Source: an uncultured Poribacteria bacterium
Lineage (GTDB): Bacteria; Poribacteria; WGA-4E; WGA-3G
DNA: 64,000 bases
Reading direction: 5' to 3'
Assembly (NCBI GenBank): GCA_958296135.2
Contig: CATQHZ020000001.1
Span: 4,947,779 to 5,011,778, forward strand
Shown here in pieces: positions 49,418-59,217 of the stretch. The translations under genes were made by a program, and so were the position numbers. Under the pieces are notes generated by a model. The model ran no database searches. It was not told the DNA's origin and saw nothing but the letters and a program-made list of their open reading frames with translations. Numbering within the stretch: position 1 is the first letter of the stretch; each line of letters begins with the position of its first letter.

Positions 49418-50299
49418 ATGATTATTGATACACACACGCATTTCTACAATCCCTCCCGGCCAGAGGGTGTGCCGTGGCCGAATCCGAATGATGAGGTGCT
49501 TTACCGCACCGTGATGCCTGACGACTACAAAGCACTCGCCGTGCCCGAAGGCGTAACCGGCACCGTCGTCGTTGAAGCAAGCAAGTGGGTTGAAGATAAC
49601 CAGTGGATTCTCGATGTGGCGGCGGAAGAACCTTTCATCGTCGGGTTCGTTGGACATCTTGAGCCCGACGATGCAAATTTCACCCACGATTTGGAACGGT
49701 TCTCCGCGAACCCGCTCTTTCGGGGGATACGCCTCGGCAGCGGACACCTGCAAGCAATCGGTGACAAAACGGTTTTAGGCAACATTGAGAAACTCGCAGA
49801 GAAAAATCTCACCCTCGATTTGCTAATCGGGCCGGACATGCTGGCAGCCATACCGGCTTTAGTTGAACACACGCCCGCGATGCGGATAGTGATTAACCAC
49901 ATTGCAGGCGTGCGGGTTGATAGCAACCCGCCGGATGCAGCATGGATGGATGCTATCCACGAAGTGGCGCGCTACCCGAACATCTACTGCAAAGTCTCCG
50001 GCTTAGCAGAGCATACGGGACAAATCCCCGCACCGTCAGACCCGGGTTATTACGCGCCGACGATAGACGTTTTGTGGGACGCGTTCGGCGAAGACCGGCT
50101 CATCTACGGCAGTAACTGGCCGGTTTCCGAACGTTTTGCGTCGTACGCGACAGTGCAACAGATTGTCAATGCCTATTTCAGCGAAAAGGAAGCGCGGTTA
50201 CAAACCGCGGCCACCGGGGCCGCGGGCACCTCAGTCACGGCGAAGTTTTTCTGGCAGAACGCGAAGGCAGCGTACAGGCTATCGGAACGAACCCCATAG
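49418..50299 (+). CDS. Amidohydrolase_2 family protein (L-fuconolactonase-like)
   Basis: 'IIDTHTHF', 'VINHIA', 'CKVSGL', 'YGSNWPV'. Confidence 0.88.
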   Translation: MIIDTHTHFYNPSRPEGVPWPNPNDEVLYRTVMPDDYKALAVPEGVTGTVVVEASKWVEDNQWILDVAAEEPFIVGFVGHLEPDDANFTHDLERFSANPLFRGIRLGSGHLQAIGDKTVLGNIEKLAEKNLTLDLLIGPDMLAAIPALVEHTPAMRIVINHIAGVRVDSNPPDAAWMDAIHEVARYPNIYCKVSGLAEHTGQIPAPSDPGYYAPTIDVLWDAFGEDRLIYGSNWPVSERFASYATVQQIVNAYFSEKEARLQTAATGAAGTSVTAKFFWQNAKAAYRLSERTP

Positions 50300-50333
50300 G
50301 CGCGCTTTGAAAACGCGCCTACCGAACGGGGAA

Positions 50334-50903
50334 TTAGGCCACCCACCGCATAAATTCACCCGCGGGCTGCCGTTTCGGCGCCTTAACCTCGGCGGGGTAG
50401 CCGGTGTAGAAGAAGCCGATGATGTATTCCCGCTCGGCATCAATGCCAAGCAACTCGTAGGTATGCGCCTCCAGCGTGATTCTGCCGGTGCTCCACTGCA
50501 TGCCGACACCTGCATCCCAGGCGGCGAGTTGGACATTCTGCATCGCACAGCAGGCGGCGGCGTAATCTTCGCGCCGCCGCTGTTCGTCACCCTCTTGCAC
50601 ACAAGAAACGGCGATGACGGTAGGCTTAGACATGAACTTCTCGTAAGCCAACTCGCCGATCTTCGCGAGGTTCTCGGCATCAACGTGGTCTGGCGTATCC
50701 TCGATTTTAATCTCGCGATAGCGTTCGGCGAGAATCAGCTTCATCTCCGCGCCGATGACAGTAAACCGCCACGGCTCGGTGATGTGGTGGTTCGGTGCCC
50801 AGATGCCGTAGCTGAAAACCTGCTCGATGACATCGTTCGGCACGGGTTCCGGTTTGAATTTAAAAATGGTGCGGCGTGAAAGAATAGCGTCTTTAACGTC
50901 CAT
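50334..50903 (-). CDS. Nitroreductase family protein
   Basis: 'ILSRRTIFKF', 'WAPNHHITEPWRF', 'QNVQLAAW..GVG'. Confidence 0.9.
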   Translation of the reverse strand: MDVKDAILSRRTIFKFKPEPVPNDVIEQVFSYGIWAPNHHITEPWRFTVIGAEMKLILAERYREIKIEDTPDHVDAENLAKIGELAYEKFMSKPTVIAVSCVQEGDEQRRREDYAAACCAMQNVQLAAWDAGVGMQWSTGRITLEAHTYELLGIDAEREYIIGFFYTGYPAEVKAPKRQPAGEFMRWVA

Positions 50904-50986
50904 GAAAAAATCCTCCAATGTTTTATAGCAGATGCATCAAAGTCTTTGGGCTCAGGCGAGCCCGAACTCTAGCGGTGAATTTGGTA

Positions 50987-51781
50987 TTAGTGCCATCCCA
51001 CCCATTGCAAATATCTTCCCCAGAACAGCTCGCCCCAGAGCAGCACAATAACAGCAGCGACGGCGAGAAAGGGCCCGTAAGGAATCGGGCTCTGGCGGCT
51101 CTTTCGCCCGGAAAGCACCAGCAGGCTCCCGATGACTGCGCCGCCTATTGCAGAAAAAGCAAGCACCAGGGCGAGTTCGGGCCATGCGCCCAGAAACAGG
51201 CCGTTGAGTGCCATCAACTTCACATCGCCGCCGCCCATCGCCGTTTTCCGTAAAATCGCGCCGCCGAGGATGGCGACAAGCCACAGCAGCGTGCCGCCCG
51301 CGACAGCACCGATGAGGCGCGTCAGCAGATACCCAACATCGCCGCGCTGATATGCGATGAGCGACACGATGAATACCCCCAGAAGCATCCCGGTGCCGAT
51401 GATGACATTCGGGATAATGTAGTGCCGCGCGTCAATCACCGTAATAGGAATGAGCAGCGTGACGAAGATGAGCGCGTGCACAAAATTGAGGGTAGACCCG
51501 AGGTGCAAAAACAGCCCGAGGTATAGCAACGCCGTTGCGAGTTCCACAGCGGGATACATCACTGAAATCTTCGCTTGGCACTGCCTGCACTTCCCTCGCA
51601 ACAGCAGATAACTCACAAGCGGAATGTTATCTACAAGTTTTATCGGTTCGCGACATGCCGGGCATTCGGAGCGGCGCGGCGAATGAATGGACATCCCGGC
51701 GCGCGGAATGCGATAGATGCACACATTCAGAAAACTGCCCATGGCTAGCCCGAGGCTAACCACGAAAAGTTGCATGTCCAT
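50987..51781 (-). CDS. pilD: Prepilin peptidase (A24)
   Basis: 'GSFLNVCIYRIP', two CxxC pairs, 'MGGGDVKL', 'IPYGPFL'. Confidence 0.93.
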   Translation of the reverse strand: MDMQLFVVSLGLAMGSFLNVCIYRIPRAGMSIHSPRRSECPACREPIKLVDNIPLVSYLLLRGKCRQCQAKISVMYPAVELATALLYLGLFLHLGSTLNFVHALIFVTLLIPITVIDARHYIIPNVIIGTGMLLGVFIVSLIAYQRGDVGYLLTRLIGAVAGGTLLWLVAILGGAILRKTAMGGGDVKLMALNGLFLGAWPELALVLAFSAIGGAVIGSLLVLSGRKSRQSPIPYGPFLAVAAVIVLLWGELFWGRYLQWVGWH

Positions 51782-51789
51782 ACCAAAAA

Positions 51790-52227
51790 CTACCACCAAT
51801 ACTTCTCGCCGAGGCGTGCGTCAACGTGATAGACGCGGCTGATTTCGGCGATGCCGCCTAACTGATACTTTGCCGGCACGCGGGGATGCTCGCTCGCGAT
51901 GCCAACCTTATAGGCATTCGGGCGAAGCACGTAGGTGCCGCCCCACGGCGTTTTCGGAATAGATGCCAGATACGTGCCGCGCCAGCCTTTCACGCCCGGG
52001 TCGGTGACGAGTGCCTTCAACGTCTCCGGATACCGCTGTGTGTGTCGGTAGTATTTTTTGATAGCGATAGCGATGGTTTCCACATCTGCATCGGCCTGGC
52101 TGACGTTCCGATACTCGCGCCACGGCGGAAAGGCGAGCGCAAAAATAACGATGGCCACGGCAAGCAGGATTAGCAGCTGAACGCGCGTCATGCCATTTTC
52201 TGTATTTTCTGTCTGGGTGCCAAGCAT
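51790..52227 (-). CDS. GspG-like pseudopilin
   Basis: 'GMTRVQLLILL' prepilin-like N-terminus, 'YPETLKALV..P...GWRGTYL...PKTPWG'. Confidence 0.75.
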   Translation of the reverse strand: MLGTQTENTENGMTRVQLLILLAVAIVIFALAFPPWREYRNVSQADADVETIAIAIKKYYRHTQRYPETLKALVTDPGVKGWRGTYLASIPKTPWGGTYVLRPNAYKVGIASEHPRVPAKYQLGGIAEISRVYHVDARLGEKYWW

Positions 52228-52280
52228 TCGTGTACACTCCTAAGGCGGCGCGGGGACAGGCCCCCGCGCTCCGTTATCAG

Positions 52281-53717
52281 TTAATCAACGCCTTGCGACT
52301 GACGAAAAACCTCGTCTGCATTCGGACGTTCAATATTATATTTTTTCATCTTTTTATACAAATTGCTGCGCTCCACCTCCAAGACTTCCGCCGTTTTCCG
52401 GATGTTCCAATCATTCTCGGCGAGCGCCGTCTGAATGCACTGGGCCTCGGCTTCGTCCACCATAGTGCTGAGCGGCGTATCCGGTCGATATGTTTCTGCC
52501 TGAACCGCTGTCTCCTCCCGCTGTAACTGACTGTGGCGGTGCTGCGTCGGGGAGAGCGCGAGGACTTCAGCCACGTCTGCTGGTAGCACGATGTCCCGGT
52601 TCACCATAATCATCAGGCGTTCGACGATGTTTTTGAGCTCGCGGATGTTGCCGGGCCAGTCGTAATCTTGGAGCACGGCGTATGCAGCCGGGTCGATGAC
52701 TTTTGCAGCGGCGGTTCCCATGTTCAGTTGGAGGCGCGCAGCGAAGTATTTCACGAGCAACGGGATGTCCTCCAACCGTTCGCGGAGCGGCGGCACGACA
52801 ATAGGCACGACGTTGAGCCGATAGTAGAGATCCAACCGGAAGCGTTTTTCCTCAATTTCTTGGAGCAATTCCTTGTTCGTGGCGGCGAGGAGCCGCACGT
52901 CTACCTTCCGAATCTGATGGCTGCCGAGGCGTTCAACTTCGCCGGATTCAAGGACGCGGAGGACTTTCGCCTGCGCCCGGAGACTCATATCCCCGATTTC
53001 ATCAAGGAAGAGCGTTCCGCCGTTGGCGAGTTCAAAGCGGCCGTGCCGCCGGTCCTCCGCGCCGGTATACGCGCCGCGTTCATGTCCGAAGAGCTCGTTT
53101 TCAATCAGTTCATCGGGCATCGCGGCGCAGTTAAGGGGAATGTAGGGTTTCTTCGCGCGGGGGCTCTGCCGGTGGATGGCATCCGCTACCAGTTGTTTGC
53201 CGCTCCCATTTTCCCCTGTAATCAGCACGGTGAGCCCACTTTTGGCGACGCGGCGAATCTGTGAACGGAGGTTGAGAATGGCGGGGCTCTGTCCTACCAT
53301 CTCATCCTCGGGTCCGATTTTCGATTTAAGCACCTCGTTTTCTTGGGATAAGCGCGATATCGCCAGAAAGGGTTCAACGCTAGCGAGGATTTTATCAATG
53401 CTAATCGGTTTAGAGATATATCGCCTCGCGCCGAGCTCCATCGTTTTTACGGCGATTTCAATATCGCGATGCGCGGACATCATGACAACGTTGAGTGCCG
53501 GGTGCTGTTGCCGCAGTTTAACCAAGGTCTGGACACCGTCCATCCCGTTTTCCATGCGGATGTCCAGTAACACCAGATCGACATTGGTTTTGGCGCACTG
53601 TGCCAACGCTGTCTCGCCGCTGGCGGCGGTTAACGCGTTGTAACCGCGCAGTTGCAGGCCTTGCGACAGCATTTTGAGCGTATTTCGTTCGTCATCAACA
53701 ATTAGAATCGTTTCCAT
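52281..53717 (-). CDS. Sigma54-dependent response regulator (NtrC/NtrX family)
   Basis: Receiver domain, 'GENGSGK', 'ELFGHERGAYTGA', Fis-type HTH. Confidence 0.93.
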   Translation of the reverse strand: METILIVDDERNTLKMLSQGLQLRGYNALTAASGETALAQCAKTNVDLVLLDIRMENGMDGVQTLVKLRQQHPALNVVMMSAHRDIEIAVKTMELGARRYISKPISIDKILASVEPFLAISRLSQENEVLKSKIGPEDEMVGQSPAILNLRSQIRRVAKSGLTVLITGENGSGKQLVADAIHRQSPRAKKPYIPLNCAAMPDELIENELFGHERGAYTGAEDRRHGRFELANGGTLFLDEIGDMSLRAQAKVLRVLESGEVERLGSHQIRKVDVRLLAATNKELLQEIEEKRFRLDLYYRLNVVPIVVPPLRERLEDIPLLVKYFAARLQLNMGTAAAKVIDPAAYAVLQDYDWPGNIRELKNIVERLMIMVNRDIVLPADVAEVLALSPTQHRHSQLQREETAVQAETYRPDTPLSTMVDEAEAQCIQTALAENDWNIRKTAEVLEVERSNLYKKMKKYNIERPNADEVFRQSQGVD

Positions 53718-53776
53718 TTTTTTCGCCTTGAAAACCCTTATACCAGACCGTTTGCGCCCTGCCGAAAAACCCGCAG

Positions 53777-55858
53777 CTATGCCCGAAGAAACCCAATTCG
53801 GACGGTGGTGCCGATGCGTTCGTCGCTTTTCACGTCGATTTCGCCGCCGTGTTCTGCGACAATCCGTCGGATAATCGCCATGCCGAGTCCGGTGCCATCG
53901 GTTTTCGTCGTGTAGTAGGGCGTGAAGAGGTTCTCCAGCGTCTCGGCGGACATGCCGGAGCCAGTATCCGTGACGACGAGGGCGACGTGCTGCGTTTCTT
54001 CACCGGTTCCGTTAGGGGTGATATGCGTTTGCACGCGCAGGGTGCCGCCGGCCGGCATCGCCTCCATCGCGTTTTTGAAGAGATTGCCTAACACCTGTGA
54101 GATTTGCGCCGGGTCCAGTGAGAGTTTCGGTAATGGATTGAGTTCCATCTCAATGTTCACCTTTGAATGGCTGCATTTTTCGTCGTGGAGCCAGGCGTTC
54201 GATTGACGTTGTTGACAGAATCCATCATCAACATCGTCAATGCCTACGTCCCTGGTGTCTCCATAGACGTTTTTGCGTTGCGATTGGAAAATCGTTTCAA
54301 CCGAATCGTTTTGCGTCGGCGATGCATCCGTGTTGCCGCCACGGTAAAGCGTTAACACCGATGTGACAATCTCGTTGAGATCTACCCATTCTTTTTTCGG
54401 CTTGGGCATCCGTGCAAATTGCTGGAATTCATCAATGAGTCTGCCAATCCGGTCCACCTCCTCAATGATGGTATCGGTGCATTCATGAAAAATGTTCTCA
54501 AAAATCTCCGGTGAGTCCTTCGCCTGTTGCAGGTTCTCCACAGAGAGCCGGATGGGGAAAAGCGGGTTTTTGACTTCGTGTGCCACGCGCTGTGCGACAT
54601 CCTGCCAAGCCGCTGCCCGTTCCGCCGTCATACGTTCTTCAAGCGTTCGCTTCAAGTCCCGCGCCATCTGGTTAAACCCCTCGGCGAGTTGTCCAATCTC
54701 GCTCTTGGAACGGACTGCCACCCGGTAGTCTAGATTGCCAGAGGAGAGCTCGCTGACACCTGCACGGAGAGTTGCAATCGGGCGTGTCATGCGCCGGCTT
54801 ATCACATAACTGATGAAGTAGACGAAGCCGAGCCCTCCCGCGCCGCTCAAAAGCATGATGATAGTGAGTTGCTGCTGCCACTCAATCTGACGCTGATGCG
54901 AGTAAGCTACCACCAATTCGACGTGCCGTTCGGGCTCCGGCGAGCCCGAACCCCCAAAAAGCGAACCCAGCGGTTCTATCAGGAAGCCTGTCCAGATGCG
55001 TTTGGTAGGTGCCGCCGCTAATTGCAAATCCACTTTGCGATGTGTTGCACGTGGGCGTTCTTGTCGTTCGGGCCCACCAGAACCCGAGGATTCCATCTTC
55101 CGCGCCCACTCTTCGCGAAGCGCGAGCGCGTGACGCGAGGCATTGTTTAACGGCATCCACGTCTCCTCTGACGGTGATGCGGTGGCGTGCGTTCGCGCTT
55201 CCATCAGGCTCTCCTGCACCAGAAAAATTGGGTGTTCGTCCGAGCGGATAGCGGTTTCTGTCTCCAACCATGTTGACAAAAGCCTGCCGCCCGTGAGAAA
55301 TCCCCAGTCTCCCGCCTGTGTCACTTCAACGACAAGCCTGGGTTCAATGCCGCCGTTCTGTTCAACTCTCCTGAGCCGAATGTTTCCTTTCTCGGTGTCT
55401 GTTTTAGGAAACAGGCTTTCGCCTTTCCGCTGCGCGCGGTTGCGCATGACATTCGTCCCGATTCTCGGGTCTGCCCGCCACGTGCTAGCGAGCAGTGTGC
55501 CATACGCGGTGCCATATTCCACAATATCCAAATCTGTCTCGCCGAGGTACCTGCTGTCCGATTGCCCTTTCAAAATCGCGCGGTGCAGCCCGGGGGCCTT
55601 CGCCTTCGCTGCTACCTCTTTCCGCACCTTGTCAACCAGAACGGTGTAGTTGTTGGATACCTCGCTCTCTAGTTCCGCGACGTATGCTTCAATGCGCCGG
55701 TCAAAAGCGACACGGATGAGGAAATTCGTGGTGCCGAAGACTACACCGAACATGAGGAGAAAGACGATGCCATAAGCCAAAAAGATTTTGTCTCTGAGCG
55801 GTAACGCGGCGATTGTTTTTCTATGTTGCAAGGCGTTCGCCAGATATTTCTTGTTCAT
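53777..55858 (-). CDS. HAMP-domain sensor histidine kinase (NtrY-like)
   Basis: Two TM helices, HAMP, 'AHEVKNPL', 'DTGSGM', 'GTGLGM'. Confidence 0.92.
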   Translation of the reverse strand: MNKKYLANALQHRKTIAALPLRDKIFLAYGIVFLLMFGVVFGTTNFLIRVAFDRRIEAYVAELESEVSNNYTVLVDKVRKEVAAKAKAPGLHRAILKGQSDSRYLGETDLDIVEYGTAYGTLLASTWRADPRIGTNVMRNRAQRKGESLFPKTDTEKGNIRLRRVEQNGGIEPRLVVEVTQAGDWGFLTGGRLLSTWLETETAIRSDEHPIFLVQESLMEARTHATASPSEETWMPLNNASRHALALREEWARKMESSGSGGPERQERPRATHRKVDLQLAAAPTKRIWTGFLIEPLGSLFGGSGSPEPERHVELVVAYSHQRQIEWQQQLTIIMLLSGAGGLGFVYFISYVISRRMTRPIATLRAGVSELSSGNLDYRVAVRSKSEIGQLAEGFNQMARDLKRTLEERMTAERAAAWQDVAQRVAHEVKNPLFPIRLSVENLQQAKDSPEIFENIFHECTDTIIEEVDRIGRLIDEFQQFARMPKPKKEWVDLNEIVTSVLTLYRGGNTDASPTQNDSVETIFQSQRKNVYGDTRDVGIDDVDDGFCQQRQSNAWLHDEKCSHSKVNIEMELNPLPKLSLDPAQISQVLGNLFKNAMEAMPAGGTLRVQTHITPNGTGEETQHVALVVTDTGSGMSAETLENLFTPYYTTKTDGTGLGMAIIRRIVAEHGGEIDVKSDERIGTTVRIGFLRA

Positions 55859-55972
55859 AGCCCGTTCTCCCCCGGCAGTCCTGACGTTGTCAAGACAGGA
55901 AAAATGATATCGCGTCAGAGGTGCCTGAATGCAGCAGTGGGCCCCGTTGCTTTGACCAGGTCCAACTCACAG

Positions 55973-57415
55973 TCAATCGGACGAAACCATTTGCATCGCA
56001 ATCTCTTTTGTGCGCAACTTATAGCCTTCAACGGCATCTTGGCGATAAGTGAGCGCGCTCTCTACCGCGACTTGCGTGCCATCGAGATGTAACCCCTGCA
56101 ACCGCCCTTTGACAGCCACGGTGTCCATGAGGGTGCGCATCAAGTGACACACGTTGCCGATATCCCGTTTTGGGAGCGTTAACGTTGCGTTCGGCACACC
56201 GTTTTCGGTGAAATTCATCGCCGTGCCGCGATAGGAGGCAGTCTGAACTTGCGACATCGATAGCCCCTCAAAGACGGCCAAATCCCCACCGATGCCGGTA
56301 TCCTTCGGGATGCTCACATCGTCACCGAGGGCTTCCCAATAGAGAAACAGGACGACTTTATCCCTGGGGCCCTCGAGGATACCGTTGAGGAGGGAGTGGT
56401 TGCTCGTTGGGCCTTTTGCCGGAATGACGTTCGCACCACCGCCTCGCTCCTGAATCGATTCGGTATAGAGTTGGACAAACCACTCGCCGAGGCAGCTATT
56501 GTCTGCGTAGTTGTAGAAGACAATCGTGCCTATCCTCTTGCGTTCTTCTGCAAGCTGCAGCCACCGTGCGAGTTGATACGCCGCCGCCGCAGGCTGGTGA
56601 AAGTCCGCATCGGCGCGCTGCACGCCTTGCACGGCTTCACGGATACGCGTCGCCGGTGTCTCGTTTCTCCCGGCCGTCATCGCTAAAAAGAAGAGCCCGA
56701 CAGGCGAAAAGGCGGAGAACCGGCCACCGACACCGTCCGGCACAGGAAGCAGCTCGCCGCTGTAAAAAGGCGACTCCTGATGCATTTGGAACAGCGAGCT
56801 TTCGCGAGTTAACCCAGTCGTTGCGACAATGTGGTTTTGCCACGGGAGCCCGTGCCGTTGGAGCATCTCCCGGATAATCATCAACGTCGCTACCGTCTCG
56901 CCTGTCCTGCCAGATTTGCTGATGACGTTGAACAAGGTTTTCTGTAGCCGGTTCTGGCTGTTGAGTATCTCCAGGAGTCCAATGAGTCGCCTCGGGTCGA
57001 AGGTATCGCCGGTGAAATAGACTTCGGGGGCACCACCGCGTGCTGCAACCGACAACCGATTGTGGTATGGATGGTTGAAGGTATCGTGAAAAACGCGCGC
57101 GCTTAAGTCAGAGCCGCCGATGCCAATCGTAACAAGCACGGAAAAGTCCTGCCGGGCGCGTTCAGCAACGGCGAGGCACTGCGCGATATGTTCCGTTTGC
57201 AGATGGCTGCGCGTCCATGCGCGGAGGTGCCGCTCAAGCACCTCAATCGGTGCATCGGTTTCCTCTTCAAACAAGGCGCGAATCTCCGCCATCCGCGCGT
57301 CCATCTCACCCGCTGCTGAAGCCGAGGATGCGCCAATGTTAAGGGTGAGCCCTACAGACGAAAAGCCTGCATTCCGATTAAGCCCGGTTAGGGGCTCAAT
57401 GTCTCTAGCAGCCAT
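55973..57415 (-). CDS. pgi: Glucose-6-phosphate isomerase
   Basis: 'IGIGGS', 'ISKSGRTGET', 'VGGRFSAFSPVG', 'QLYTES', 'QDAVEGYK'. Confidence 0.85.
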   Translation of the reverse strand: MAARDIEPLTGLNRNAGFSSVGLTLNIGASSASAAGEMDARMAEIRALFEEETDAPIEVLERHLRAWTRSHLQTEHIAQCLAVAERARQDFSVLVTIGIGGSDLSARVFHDTFNHPYHNRLSVAARGGAPEVYFTGDTFDPRRLIGLLEILNSQNRLQKTLFNVISKSGRTGETVATLMIIREMLQRHGLPWQNHIVATTGLTRESSLFQMHQESPFYSGELLPVPDGVGGRFSAFSPVGLFFLAMTAGRNETPATRIREAVQGVQRADADFHQPAAAAYQLARWLQLAEERKRIGTIVFYNYADNSCLGEWFVQLYTESIQERGGGANVIPAKGPTSNHSLLNGILEGPRDKVVLFLYWEALGDDVSIPKDTGIGGDLAVFEGLSMSQVQTASYRGTAMNFTENGVPNATLTLPKRDIGNVCHLMRTLMDTVAVKGRLQGLHLDGTQVAVESALTYRQDAVEGYKLRTKEIAMQMVSSD

Positions 57416-57420
57416 AGTTC

Positions 57421-57795
57421 TTAACTTCTCCCGTATTTATCTGTGAGCCGGACGATGTCTTCCTCATCAAAATGCCCGAATGCAATTTCGAGTATCCGGT
57501 AATCGTTTGCCTCACCGATGAGTTGGTGTTTCGCGCCTTGCGGGATGAAAACAGGTTCCATGGGTGCCGGGCGCTGCACCTCGCCTTCAATGTTGACGCA
57601 CGCGCCGGCATCAAGCGGTATCCACAGTTCGCTCCGATGGTGATGATACTGATAACTCACCTGCTCGCCGGCCCGGATGTCCAAAATCTTGACGGTGACG
57701 GGCTGGTTGAGGACATATTGGATGAAGCCGCCCCACGGTTTCTCGGTTCTCGCTATTTCGGTGAGGGCTTTTGGAATTTCAGTTGATTTCGCCAT
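57421..57795 (-). CDS. Mannose-6-phosphate isomerase type II C-terminal cupin protein
   Basis: 'EKPWG', 'SYQYHHHRSELW', 'EEDIVRLTDKYGR'; start ambiguous (57795/57813/57831) because of an 18-bp tandem repeat. Confidence 0.88.
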   Translation of the reverse strand: MAKSTEIPKALTEIARTEKPWGGFIQYVLNQPVTVKILDIRAGEQVSYQYHHHRSELWIPLDAGACVNIEGEVQRPAPMEPVFIPQGAKHQLIGEANDYRILEIAFGHFDEEDIVRLTDKYGRS

Positions 57796-58122
57796 TTTTT
57801 GTCGTTTCGCCATTTTTTGTCGTTTCGCCAAGCGTTCGGTTAGGTGTGTCTCGGCAAGGCAGTCCCATCTGCGTATCTGCTCACGCGGGGTGTGCCTTGG
57901 CTCAGTTTCTGTCGTTTCGCCAAGCGTTCGGTTAGGTGTGTCTTGACTCAGTTTTTTCCGCAGAACTACCGGTTGGGAATTCTGGCACTTGCGTCCATCC
58001 TGTTAATAATTTACCATATCAACGTTTGTAAATCAAGAAAAATAATGTTTTCGTCTGGCGACAAGACGAAAAAAAATTCTGTTGACATCTAGACAGAAAT
58101 TGTGTTAAACTACAAAGCAGTT

Positions 58123-59217
58123 ATGGAAAGATTCATTTCAACCCTCATTGAAAATAGCATTGCTGAAAAGGTGTGCCCCGGTGCGGTTGTCTATGTCTTC
58201 ACGTCCGATGTCGTGCATGTCCATAAAGCCTTTGGCAATCGCGCCGTTGTGCCGAAACGCCTCCCGATGCACCGCAACACACTCTTCGATCTTGCCTCTT
58301 TGACGAAGCCTATCGTCACCGCGACGCTCTGCATGCAGCTCGTGGAGAGCGGGACAGTGGCTTTGGATACGCCCGCGTGCGCGTATCTGCCCGCCTTTCA
58401 GCATCCACGCGTCACCCTTCGGCACCTGCTCACGCATACCTCCGGATTGCCCGACTGGAGCCCCGTCTACCTCGGCACAGATTCACCCGAGCAGGCAGTC
58501 GCCTATCTAGGCACACTCCCGCTTGTCTCGCCGCCGGGCGAGAAGGCACTTTACAGCTGCCTCGGCTACATTGCCCTCGGCGCGCTCATCACGAAAGTGA
58601 CAGGTGAACCGCTTGATAGCCTCGCGCAATCCCGCATCTTCGCGCCGCTGCACATGACACGGACATGCTTCACACCGCCGCCTGCATGGCACGATAACTG
58701 CGCCGCCACCGAAAGCGGAAACAGTTTTGAACGCCGAAAAGTCAACTACGCCCGCTATGATTGGCGCGAAGGCATCATCGTCGGGCAGGTACACGATGAA
58801 AACGCGCATTTCCTAGGCGGTGTCTCCGGCAACGCTGGGCTCTTTTCCACAGCGGCAGATGTGGCGAAGTTTTGCAGAATGCTCATGGAAACCGTTACGC
58901 CTTTTGTAAAACGACACCGCCCCAGCGCAGCCCCTCGGCGTAACAGTACCGCTATGCTGTCACCCGAAAGCCTCACCGCCATGCGAACCCTTTATCCCGC
59001 GGCAGGCGAACCTCGCTCCATCGGCTGGCGCATCATGCAAACCGACGGCTCTTTATATCATACCGGGTTCACCGGCACCTCCCTCCGTATCTGCCTCAAA
59101 AGAAACCTGGCCGCCATTTTGTTAACGAATCGTGTGCACCCAGATGCCGACAGGGAGGGAATTCTCCCCTTACGCAAGGCGTTTTACGAACTTGTTTTTG
59201 GAGGCACCCATGGTTGA
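58123..59217 (+). CDS. Serine hydrolase, beta-lactamase family (possible muropeptide amidase/esterase)
   Basis: 'FDLASLTK' SxxK, 'LLTHTSG', 'YS', 'HTGFTG'; TTGACA at 58082 upstream. Confidence 0.88.
   Translation: MERFISTLIENSIAEKVCPGAVVYVFTSDVVHVHKAFGNRAVVPKRLPMHRNTLFDLASLTKPIVTATLCMQLVESGTVALDTPACAYLPAFQHPRVTLRHLLTHTSGLPDWSPVYLGTDSPEQAVAYLGTLPLVSPPGEKALYSCLGYIALGALITKVTGEPLDSLAQSRIFAPLHMTRTCFTPPPAWHDNCAATESGNSFERRKVNYARYDWREGIIVGQVHDENAHFLGGVSGNAGLFSTAADVAKFCRMLMETVTPFVKRHRPSAAPRRNSTAMLSPESLTAMRTLYPAAGEPRSIGWRIMQTDGSLYHTGFTGTSLRICLKRNLAAILLTNRVHPDADREGILPLRKAFYELVFGGTHG

Noticed and set aside
49280-49753. N-terminal extension of the TPR ORF
   Set aside because: It overlaps the divergent amidohydrolase and a REP duplication; the lipobox places the start near 49279.
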